This document shows, in pieces, positions 53,249 through 64,000 of a DNA stretch of 64,000 nt. This DNA comes from Octopus vulgaris (Eukaryota): assembly GCA_951406725.2 (NCBI GenBank), contig OX597833.1, positions 21,204,001-21,268,000 on the forward strand, read 5' to 3'. How positions within the stretch are numbered: the first letter of the stretch is position 1; each line of letters starts with the position of its first letter. The notes under the pieces were generated by a model. It saw only the letters and a program-made list of their open reading frames with translations. It made no database searches and had not been told where the DNA came from. The position numbers were made by a program, and so were the translations under genes.

Positions 53249-53412
53249 AAATGGGCTTCCACACAGTTTCCGTCTACCATATTTACTCACAAGGCATTAA
53301 TCGATCCGAAGCTATTGAAGAAGAAACTTGCCGAAGCTACCACATAGTGGAAACGAACTCGAAACTACATGGTTTCAACACGAGCTTCATAACCACACAG
53401 CTTTGCCTGTGC
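52975..53412 (-). mobile_element. SINE family A, old diverged copy
   Basis: Tail, (CA)n core and decayed head, in order. Confidence 0.78.
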
Positions 53413-53879
53413 CATAGACACCAATTTCTCTCGGAAACCAACAATCGTTTAGTAAGAATATCAAATACAGCGTTAAAGTAATTAATACACTGCATTCTAA
53501 TTAACTGCATACATCTGATTGATAAGAGCCCCGAGGGAGAAAGAAACTTTTACTACCACTATTTTTCTCATTCTTTTTTTTTCTTCTTTTTAGAGTCTGA
53601 TTGACATTTAAAAAGAGAAATATATACGGCATTTGATGTCTGCAGTTTCCATCTTCACGTAGGTTGTCGTTGGTGTCTGATGGGGGTAAATTATACCGTT
53701 TTGCTATGGTTGTTGTGACTATATTATTATTGTTGTTGATGTTGCTGTTTACGACAGAACAGACTTATGATTAAAGGCGTTCTAGTACTGACCAACCCGT
53801 TTTTGTTTTCTTTTCTCTTCTTTCCTTTTCTTTCCCATACATGGAGTGTATCAATATATCTAGGACTACTTTATTCAAA

Positions 53880-54342
53880 CTCTTTTACTCTTTCACTTGT
53901 TTCAGTCATTTGACTGTGGCCATGCTGGAGCCCCGCCTTTAGTCGAGCAAATCGGCTCCAGGACTTATTCTTTGTAAGCCTAGTACTTATTCTATCGGTC
54001 TCTTTTGCCGAACCGCTAAGTTACGGGGACGTAAGCACACCAGCATCGGTTGTCAAACGATGTTGGGGGAACAAATACAGACACACAAACATATACACAC
54101 ACATACATACATACACATATATATATATATATATATATACATATATACGACGGGCTTCTTTCGGTTTCCGGCTACCAAATCTACTCACAAGGCTTTGGTC
54201 GGCCTGAGGCTATAGTAGTAAAACACTTGCCCAAGGTGCCATGCAGTAGGACTGAACCCGGAACTATGTGGTTGGTAAGCAAGCTACTTACCACATAGCC
54301 ACTCATGCGCCTATACTTACCACACAGCCGCTCCTACGCCTA
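53880..54342 (-). mobile_element. SINE family A with a duplicated 29-bp 5' end
   Basis: tacttaccac..gccta occurs twice at 54285-54342. Confidence 0.92.
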
Positions 54343-54604
54343 ATGCTCTTTGTTTTAAAGACAGTAGATCATGTGATTGGAGAGAGATTTCACTGCTATT
54401 TCTACCGAGCCTCCTGTAGGCTCCTTCATTTGGTTCGTAACGCAATCTAATGTGCTATGATCTTAGCAGCCATCTTGCATTTTAACTATTCTCACTTTGG
54501 TGACTGTGCGGATCTTACTTGACTAAAACATTCACTGCAAGAACCTCAATAGACGTAAAGTTGTTTTTATTGGTTACTCAAAGGAGGAAAGGCAACATCC
54601 ATAT

Positions 54605-55128
54605 CCTTTATCGTTTACTTATTTCAGTCATTGGACGGCGGCCACGCTGGGGCACAGCAGTGGAGTGTTTAGACAAACAAATCGATGACAATACTTAATT
54701 TTGAAACTTGGTACTTATTCTCTCTCTCTCTCTCTCCCTCTCTTTTTCTCCACCCTTCTCACATCTCTCTTTCTCTCACACACACATACGCATGCACACA
54801 TATATATATATATCTTTGGCCAACCCGCTAGGTTAAGAGGACGTAACCATACCAACACCGGTTGTCAAGTAGTGGGGTAGGGGCCAAACACAAAGACAGA
54901 CATACACATACATACATCCCCCCACACACATATATAAATATACACACATATAAATGCATACACGATTGGTTTCTTTCACTTTCCTTCTGTCAAACTCACT
55001 CGCAAACTTTTGAACCGGTCCGGTATGACAGCGAAAGACACTTGCCCAAAGTGCCACGCAGTGGGGTTGAACCCAAAACCACGTAACTGAGAAGCATGTT
55101 TTTGAAACACACGGCCACACCTGCACCT
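54605..55128 (-). mobile_element. SINE family A, diverged
   Basis: Collinear motifs with a CT/CA expansion. Confidence 0.8.
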
Positions 55129-55156
55129 ACACAAATTTTTACCAGACTGGTAAGAT

Positions 55157-55310
55157 CTTTTCTACTCTAGGCACAATGCCCGAAATTTTTGGGGAGGTGG
55201 AGGTCAGTCGATTAGATCGACCCCAGTACGCAACTCGTACTTAATTTATCGACCCCAAAAGGATGAAAGGCAAAGTCGACCTCGGCGGAATATGAACTCA
55301 GAACGTAAAA
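55157..55310 (-). mobile_element. SINE family B, 5'-truncated
   Basis: ttttctactctaggcacaa..gtcgacctcggcggaatatgaactcagaacg. Confidence 0.9.
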
Positions 55311-55367
55311 CTAGACTAGTAAGGTCGATGGAACTGAAGTTGCGAATTAGCAAAAGTAAAACTAAAA

Positions 55368-55551
55368 CCTTATGATTTAACACTCACCGGTAAAATTTCC
55401 ACTTATTTCTTGTTTTTATTTTCCTAAGATTTTCGTTGCGTCTTGCAACCTTTTCGTTATAGAAAAGGTTGCAAGACGCAACGAAAATTTTAGGAAAATA
55501 AAAATAAGAAATAAGTGGAAATTTTAGCGGTGTGTGTGTTACGTTATAAGG
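55368..55551. repeat. 184-bp foldback hairpin with a 6-nt loop
   Basis: The inner 26 bp pair perfectly (ttttcgttgcgtcttgcaaccttttc / gaaaaggttgcaagacgcaacgaaaa). Loop gttata at 55456-55461. Confidence 0.93.
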
Positions 55552-56054
55552 CACAACAAGAAAATGACTCCCCAGACGCAACAGAATATGCTTCAACACA
55601 CGATCTCGCATAAAGAATCTTGCAAACCAAATCCAAAATCGAAATATAAAACTAAAACGTTATTCTTGTCGAGCAGAAATTTAGTTATTACAGAAGAGTT
55701 AAGTAAGTTATCTTTCAAATTCAGATTTCGTCGCTTCTGTTCTTTTCGTTTTTTGTTTCTTTTCATAATTAAATTCTTATTCTACTTCGAATTTCACTTC
55801 CATATTGCACTCTAAAATTTTGATTCGTGTTTACGGCGCCTTCTTTTTATATAAATATCTCGGTTTTGTCAATTCGTTATTTCATGCTATTATTTAAATT
55901 TTTTAAAAATCATAAAAGCTTTTCAAGAAAAATGGCAGTTCATTAAACTTAAACTGTTTTGTGGAATAAGGCATTTGATATACGGCTTTCCTTTCTGGCC
56001 TTTATTTTTCAAAGTTATCGTATCTTATGCACGTACACACATATGCTATACATA

Positions 56055-56115
<61 letters not shown>

Positions 56116-56156
56116 TGTGTACATATATATATATATATATAATGTATATATATATA

Positions 56157-56219
56157 TTGATAAAAACGGTAAGACAGCAAAAGAAAGAAAGAGACCTCGA
56201 TATTATGTAAATAGAGGAT
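56157..56219 (-). repeat. 3' end of the hammerhead-bearing repeat (third copy)
   Basis: ttgataaaaacggtaagacagcaaaagaaagaaagagacctcgatattatgtaaatagagga is the reverse complement of ~24067-24128. It lies within (TA)n. Confidence 0.85.
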
Positions 56220-56485
56220 ATATTTATATATATATATATACAGGGAGAGTTTACGAAAAACACAAAAGACGAAGACAGGTGGTTGCTTTCAGTTTTCGTG
56301 AACAAAATTCACTCACAGGATCATCTGGAGGCTATAATAGAAGACACTTGCCCAAGTTGCCAAGCTGTGGTTCTGAACCCAGAACCATGTGCTTGGGAAG
56401 CAAACTTCTAACCACACAACCACGCCTGATACATATATACAAACGTTCATACATACATACATACATACATACATACATACATGCA

Positions 56486-56517
<32 letters not shown>

Positions 56518-56844
56518 ACAGTATTCACGTAGTTTTCTTTTCGTCAGTCCAAATTTACTCACAAGGCCACAAAGTAATGATTGGCCCTGGGTAACAGTAG
56601 AAGGAATTTCCCAGCGATTGAACCTGAAACCCCTCGCCTGCAAAGTGGGGTTAGCGTCACAGCCATGCCTGCACTTAGATCGAAAATAAAACTCCTAGCA
56701 TGTTATCCGCTGATTGAAAAATCTATTTTAGAACAATGATGGAGGCAAAATAATTCTCATTGGACATTTCTTATTTGGTTATTTTCTGTGATTATTTTAT
56801 CGTATTTGACTTCGAAGTGTGCTAGAATTTCCCTCAGAAATAAT

Positions 56845-56876
56845 GTGTGTGTGTATGTGTGTGAGTGTGTGTGTGT

Positions 56877-56916
<40 letters not shown>

Positions 56917-56997
56917 GTGTGCGTGCGTGAGCGAGTGCGTGAGCGAGTGCGTGTGTATATGTGTACATATTATATATATAATGTATATGTATACTTA

Positions 56998-57044
<47 letters not shown>

Positions 57045-57420
57045 ATATATATATATGTATATATATATATATGTATATTTATATGTGTGTATATATATAT
57101 GTATATATATATATAGACATACATATAAATACATATATGCACACACATTTATGTCTATATATATTTATGTGTACACATACACACACACGCACACACACAT
57201 ATATATATACACGTATACATATATTCACATATACATATGTATACATAGATATATGCATATATGCATGCACACACATACGTATGACATATATGTGAGTGTA
57301 TTATTGCGTGCACGCGAATGTGCCTGTATGTGTGTGTGTGTGTGTGTGCACATATGTGTGTGTGTGTGCGTGTGTGTGTGTGTGTGCGTGTGTGTGTGTG
57401 TGCGTGTGTGTGTGTGTGTG
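56845..57420. repeat. (GT)n/(TA)n compound microsatellite region
   Basis: Seen directly. Confidence 0.95.
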
Positions 57421-57854
57421 TTGTCAGAAAGATACACCAGCCAGAGCGAAAGAGAAAGGAAACTGTTACGAGACCAAAAATTGTTTGGTTTCGGTTAACT
57501 TAATTTTTATGAATTTGAAGATCACGTGATGACAAGTAACGAAATAATTTTATTCTAAAAATATCGATGTAGAGATCTCTTCAAAACCATTTTGTCAACT
57601 GTTTTTATCTCTACATGCAACTAGAAGTAGGTGTATTCACATACAGCCACGCAGCATGCGCATGTATGTATGTATTACGTGTGTAGGAATGTATGTATGT
57701 GTATCTGCTCGTAGACATATCTGTATGTATACACATACACACATAGATACACACACACAGACATACATACACACATATATATACATATATATATTTGTGT
57801 GTGTGTTTGTGTGTGTTTTTGAGTATAGAAATTTAAGGAAAAGTACTTCATGCA

Positions 57855-58222
57855 TATCTTTAACATGTTTCACTCATTGGACTGCGGCCATACTGGGCCG
57901 CAGCCGTGAATGTTTTTTGTCTAACCAAACAATCCCAGTACTATTTTTGTTCACTCTTTTAAAATCAGGTATTACTTAATCGGTTTCTTTTGCTGAACCG
58001 CTAAGTTACATGGGCGTAAATAAAATATTACCAATTGTCAAGCAGTGTGGGAGGATGACAAATGCAAGCACTAAAAAACATGCACATACACACATATATA
58101 TATACGACGGGTTTGTCACAATTTCCCTCTGCCAAATTTACTTCGGTGCAGTGCTGTGGGATTGAATCTGAAACCGTGTGGTTGCAAAGCGAACTTCTTA
58201 ACAACACAGCCATGCATGTGCC
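57855..58222 (-). mobile_element. SINE family A, old diverged copy
   Basis: tcattggactgcggccatactggg..gaaccgctaagttac..acacagccatgcatgtgcct. Confidence 0.8.
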
Positions 58223-59774
58223 TATGGTAGACGTAATATATTCTTTAAAATCTGATATGTCCCAATGTTGCTTCTTTAGGGCTAAACATACATTTACAAT
58301 CAATCGCACGAATATATATTCTTTGCGTTCGGACACTATTCTTACTGGCTATAAATTCTTTGATCATTTATAAGTCCAGTTACACAATTACAGGTATTAC
58401 GAAACTTTACATAACGACTGTGTGACAACGCTTCACGGGCGTAGAACATCGTCAGGAATTCAAAGTAGGAGTTGAGAGGATTTAAAAGAAATCTAAAATG
58501 GCTTCTAGTGGAAAGTAATTGGACATCCATTAGTCAGTCCAGTTCACGTGGATATTGCAACTGTCTTAACGGAATCAGTGCTTTCATTGCAGCCTCCACG
58601 AGGTGGGAAGTTGGTGTCAGTTAGTCGGCATTATGAAGGATACGACATTTCAACGACGTCTGTTTTTCATTGTATGCTCTACGTGACAGGGAAAACAAGA
58701 TTTTGGTGTCAGTTAATTTGCCTTTGTAAAATGTGACATTTCCTATATGGGTAGGTAAATGGTATGACAGCCTCTGGTTATATATTTGCTAGAGTGACAA
58801 GTATGGATTCCAGGGATAATAGACCGTAATTGTCTGCAGGCAGCAGAGATTATGAGCCCTGAACTTGTCGCTGAGCCAGCTAGACGTAAGGTAGTACATC
58901 CGGGTTACCAGGTACCAACTGCTTGAAGTTCGTTTGGAGTACGTGTCTCTGCTGAAGCAAGAATCAAGTTTATGATATTGCAGGCTGTTGACGTATGTGC
59001 AGCTTCTCTCGCAAGTAGAGTTGGTAATCACACACGCACACACCCAAACACACATACAAACAAACACGCACGCACACACACACATAATACATATATATAT
59101 GAGGAAGTGAACAAACTAAGGGAAGTAGCACGCAAGTCATGTGTTAGGAGTCACATATAATTTTCATTACTGCTTGACTCAGCCACACATGACTTAAAGT
59201 TTCGTGGGCACGTTGCTCATATCCAACTCAACCACGTACTAGGAGCACCCTGGAGTTTAATGAGTTGGATCTGTCCTACGCATACATGAAACATTAACTC
59301 CTGTGGAACTGAGTCAGACTGTTAATCTATTATCCGTCTATCTGTGTGTGTGTTTAAATAATGGCGTGTAAATCTTGGACGATATGCCTTGCTTGCTTTG
59401 TTTCTGCCAACTCGCCGTCGAAATAACCCTTTGCTCTTAAGTGGTGTGTAGTAGTAGACACCATCCGTCGCCCGGTTTACCGGTTTAGCACGATCTCGTG
59501 ATACATGGGTGCTTTTAGCAGTAACCACTCTGTTGCAAACGTTGAGTCAGTCTCCAACGTGACGATAACTCCCCCCCCCCACCGCACCCATTAATCTCAG
59601 AAACTGATAAAAACAAATCGTTGATGAGTGTCGCTCTTCTCATCCCCGCCACCTAAGTGATTAACTGGGGGGGGGGAGCAATTTTGCAGCATTTTAGTTG
59701 TCACATCAAGCTTATTTCTGGTTGTTGTATCCTTTGAAAACGAAAGATTTTGCAGCAAGTCTGGAAATATATTC

Positions 59775-59951
59775 GTTTCAAATTTTGGCACAAGGCCAGC
59801 AATTTTGGTGAAAGTCGATGACAGTGAACCCAGTGTTCCACTGATAGTTATTTTATGGACCCCCGAAAGGATGACAGGTAAAGTCGACCTCGGCGGAATT
59901 TGAACTAAGAGCGTACAGACGGACGAAATGCTGCTCCCAGCTCGCCGCTTT
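59775..59951 (-). mobile_element. SINE family B with an 18-bp TSD
   Basis: TSD aagtctggaaatatattc at 59757-59774. The second copy is split by a Helitron. Confidence 0.9.
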
Positions 59952-59962
59952 AAGTCTGGAAA

Positions 59963-60259
59963 TCTTTATATATAAAAGTGAAGTTGTGTGTCTGTCTCCT
60001 ACGATTTAGATTCCTAACTACTCCCACATTTTGCGGTGCAGTGTAACCAAAAGCGGGTATCTTATAGTCGTGATTCATATCGAGCCCTTCTGGGTATTAG
60101 CGCGCGTCTACGATGAGTCTACGATTTAAAAAAAAATTTACCATCATTTTTTCCCATTTTAATGCATTTTTTGCTATTATATAAGGGAAGTAACTCTCTA
60201 AAAATGCTTATATAGTTATTTCCCTTACAAACCCGAGCAACGCCGGACGATACTGCTAG
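59963..60259 (+). mobile_element. Non-autonomous Helitron (297 bp)
   Basis: a|TCtttatatataaaagtgaagttgt ... aacccgagcaacgccggacgatactgCTAG|t. Confidence 0.92.
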
Positions 60260-62191
60260 TATATTCTAATCTAGAAACAGTCGGTAAATATGCTCTGTGG
60301 TGTGTTGTGTGGATGCAGCGATTGTTTGTTAAAGATCATCGGTCAGATGTCATTTTGAAATGAATCGGTTTATTAGAAGAGAATGATGAATATAAAATTA
60401 ATTTTCATCAGATATTTTGAATCAGATAAAGCGAAGGAGAATATAATTTAATAATAGCATATGCAGACAGATTACGATATCCAATTAACAAGTGATTCTA
60501 GCCTTGTATAATGAACATCTAAAATACTCAGAAAACAATTAAAGATAATTGAGTTGCGATATCGAAAGAAAGAATAAAACACGACAACAATATCAATCGT
60601 AGTTTCATCGTGTAATTTCACGTATAAACCAAATGGAAGAATAAAAACAAAGAAAGAGAAAAGGTATTTCTCTGAAAACGAAAGGAACAACAGATTGAAC
60701 GAATAAGGTGTTTTTTTTTAAATTGCATATGCAAACATTTCGACATTAAAAACAAGTATTATACGTATTACAATAGATTTTTCAGAGATAGACAAAAGCA
60801 TTTCAGAACTGTAATACAATAAACAAAATAAATATCAGAGAGCTGGAGTGATATCAGATTATGAATTTAAAAATCATGTATGTTTTAGAATAGAGAATAA
60901 GGAAACTATAATATCGGGATAGATTCATGATAGCAATTTATAACACGCATATTCGTAATTTTGTATCTGATAACATCAAAGTTTTTAGCCGTACATTTAC
61001 GTTCAAATCGCTGATAATCTAATCCATTGTACTTGGATCATTAGCAGATCTACGATCAAAAGTTATGATATTTTTCAGGATTACAAAGACGGTCATCGGG
61101 AAAGTTTTTAGCATTAAAAACTCAGAAAGTATGATTATTTTGTGGATATCGATTTTTTAATTGATAAACCACCTTCGCATTTTTATTAAAAAATTCACCG
61201 ACCACGAGTAGCTCTGGATTTTCATAAATGGGCGCTCCTTTAAAAACGCATCTCTCCAAGAAAATGAAATGCAATTTTTAAAATAAGTTATGAAAACGGA
61301 AAATATATACAAAATAAAAGATGTTTGCAAAAAAAATTAGAAAGATTCAATCATTTTTAAATATTTTATATAAGGTACATCTAAGAGAACCAGTATCTGA
61401 GCAATCTGGTGAATTCGATCTCGTCACCGTACTGTATGTGTCTATGCGTCTTAAATGACTACTATGATTCTTCTACGATACAGTAGTTTCAGTTCCAATG
61501 CACGTTCTCAGATCAAGTCATTTACCAAACTAATTAAACTCCAAAACTGCATATTGATTTAATTAATAGAAAAAGCCAACCGAATGAGGAGATAGTAGAC
61601 TTATAGAGGAGAATATTTTTATAAATACGAACGGATTTGTTTCATGGTAGTTCAGCATTAAGAATTAAAAGCATTAAGATGAAATATTTTCTGAAAATTC
61701 ATTAAAATGGGTTTAAAGCTATCTTATTGTAGTGGTGAAATTGTTAAGCAAACGGATCTTCGTCAGTTTCGACGATGAATATTTAGTTTTCTGAGCAACT
61801 GAATTGCTTAATTAATTTGTGTATGAATTGTTGAATATCTCATAGACATGAGTTGCGTAACGTTAATTCCGTGACGAAATAAGCGTGGCACCATGTGTGT
61901 GACAAACTTGGAGCCTTTTTGGTTTCAGGTACAATCCATCCAACGGACTTGAACACCTTTCTGTCAAGCCAACTTCACTCATAAGACTCGGGTTAATCGA
62001 AGTCCAAGGCAACAAAACCCCCTTGCAAACAAAAGGAAAAAACAAAAAAAGAGAAAAGACGTCACTGTATGGGATCGAACTCGGAGGACAGTGACTAGAT
62101 AACGAACTTCGTAAGCATACAGCCATTGCTGCGTTCACGAACATTTGTCAGCAAGACAACTAGAAGTTTTGATTATTATTTCTCCGCTACT

Positions 62192-62603
62192 GTGGCGAGC
62201 TGGCCAAATCATTAGCACGCTGGACAAAATGCTTAGTGGCATTTCGTCTTTACGTTCTAAGTTCAAATGCCGCCGAGGTCGACTTCGCCTTCCATCCTTT
62301 CGGGATCGATAAACTAAGTACCACTCAAGCACTGAGGATCATTGTAATCGACCAAATGCTTCCTGAAATATTGCAGACCTTGATTCCCCACCCACCCACC
62401 CAATTAGCAATGAATTGGCAGAATCGTTAGCACGCCGGACAAAAATTCTTCTGGGTCTTTGCGTTCTAAGTTCAAATCCCGCCTAGATAGACATTGCGTG
62501 TTATCCTTTCAGAGTCGATCAAATAAGTTGAACACTTGGGTTGATGTAATCGAATTGTCCCTCCCCACTAAAGTTGCAGGCCTTGTGTCATAACTTGAAA
62601 CCA
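62192..62603 (+). mobile_element. Two adjacent SINE family B copies
   Basis: Heads at ~62192 and ~62411, each followed by the family-B body. Confidence 0.85.
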
Positions 62604-63418
62604 ATATTACTCCCCACCATTTCCATTATCTGGGTTAACTTATTTTCCCTAGTTTTATAGCTACTCTAATGATGCCGTACTTTCTTCATCGTTTGCTAGG
62701 TGTTATGTCCAGTATGCAGAACATAGACAGTCATGTCCTGTCACAATTCTCTGTTCATTATTTGCTGTAACAGTTCCACTTCCAACCAGTTCGCCAAGCT
62801 AAACACAGGCACTATACCTGTAAACACCAAATTTGAAACAGTCAAAAGGAAGAGACCGGTTATTGATATTTGAACCATGTATACACAGCTGACCAAACAA
62901 CCATATTAGTGATGTCATTTATATTACATTAAATTCATAAATCTAATTATAGCTGATGTGGCAAATGTATAATTATGGGTATTTGCTTCCTGCTTAGTTG
63001 ATGATCTTTCGGTTATTCATGGCCTTTTACTGTTAAGGTTAATGAAATATTTTAATAAGATTTTATTACCAGATATTCCGTTAACAATGGTTTAGTTTAA
63101 AGAGAAACAAAAGCACCCACGATGTTTTGCATATCTTCTGAAGCCGATAGGTGGGGGAGAGAAAGGATGCAACAGTCGACAAACTTACGGGTTACTGCAA
63201 TAGGAAGAAATACATCGAGATAATAAGCTATCTTCAAACCGGAGGCCTGATCTATATACTTAGAAGAGAATGAATTTCACTAAAGACAGCCAATGACTAG
63301 GTGATGGTGTGAAGCCAGGGGACTGATTATGAATACTATCCAAGGACAACAAGAATTAAAATCAGAAAAGGAAAAGCCAATTTACACCACAAATAAACTG
63401 CATATAATGGTTTCAAAT

Positions 63419-63722
63419 GTGAAGACGCGTTGCTTAGTAGTTAGGGCATTCGCCTTACGATCGTAAAGTCATGAGTTCAATTCCCGGCGACACGTTGTGT
63501 CCTTGAGCAAGACACTTTATTTCACGTTGCTCCAGCCCACTCAGCTGGCAAAAATGAGTAGTACCTGTATTTGAAAGGGCCAGCCTTGGTACATTGTGTC
63601 ACACTGTTTCTCTCTAAGAACTACGTTACAGGTAAACGTGTCTGTGGAATGCTCAGCCACTTGCACGTTAATTTCACGAGCTGGCTGTTCCGTTCATCGG
63701 ATCAAATGGAACCCTCATTGTC
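63419..63722 (+). mobile_element. SINE with a family-D head and core but a different 3' module
   Basis: Matches 32536-32682 up to cactcagctggcaaaaatgagta, then has an unrelated tail. Confidence 0.85.
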
Positions 63723-63847
63723 TTGACTGATGTAGTGTCAGTTATAAAAATAAATGGTTTCAAATTTTGGTACAATGCCAGTAGTTTTAAGGAAAGGGAC
63801 AAATTGATTACATCGAGCGCAGTGATCAAATAATACTTATTTTATCT

Positions 63848-64000
63848 AAGGCGGCTAGCTGGCAGAAACGTTAGCACGCTGGGCGAAATGCTTTGCGGTA
63901 TTTCGTCTGCCGCTACGTTCTGAGTTCAAAATTCCGCCGAGGTCGACTTTGCCTTTCATCCTTTCGGGGTCGATAAATTAAGTACCAGTTACGCACTGGG
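63848..64000 (+). mobile_element. SINE family B, young copy cut by the window edge
   Basis: aaggcggctagctggcagaaacgttagcacg..gagttcaaattccgccgaggtcgactttgcctttcatcctttcggggtcgataaa. Confidence 0.93.

Noticed and set aside
58770-59030. Complex, GC-balanced stretch that could be an exon
   Set aside because: Stops occur in the plausible frames, and there is no recognisable domain or clear splice-site pair. A BLASTX or RNA-seq check would be needed.
62690-62830. Minus-strand acceptor-like tttacag followed by complex sequence
   Set aside because: All three frames reach stops within a short distance, and no product is recognisable.

Overview
AT-rich, extremely repeat-dense animal DNA. It is almost certainly cephalopod, probably Octopus; this is inferred from the SINE families and the microsatellite load. 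I find no intact host protein-coding exon, tRNA or rRNA gene. Nearly all ORFs in the track are microsatellite translations or antisense frames of SINEs. The window is a mosaic of five things. (1) Four tRNA-derived SINE families, called A-D here, with dozens of copies and roughly 2-3 times more on the minus strand by eye. (2) Three non-autonomous Helitrons with shared termini and A|T insertion sites. (3) Three hAT/Charlie-type MITEs and a Tc1 5' fragment. (4) Several decayed pieces of an R4/Dong-type RLE non-LTR retrotransposon (RT, CCHC knuckle, PD-(D/E)xK endonuclease); three of them start right after (CATA)n tracts. (5) Short repeats in or beside microsatellites that carry hammerhead-ribozyme-like cores, a hallmark of Penelope-like elements. 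The most notable items are a complete type I hammerhead fold at 23963-24023 and a 969-bp nested palindrome at 6152-7120. All calls were made by eye, and the coordinates of diverged copies are approximate.
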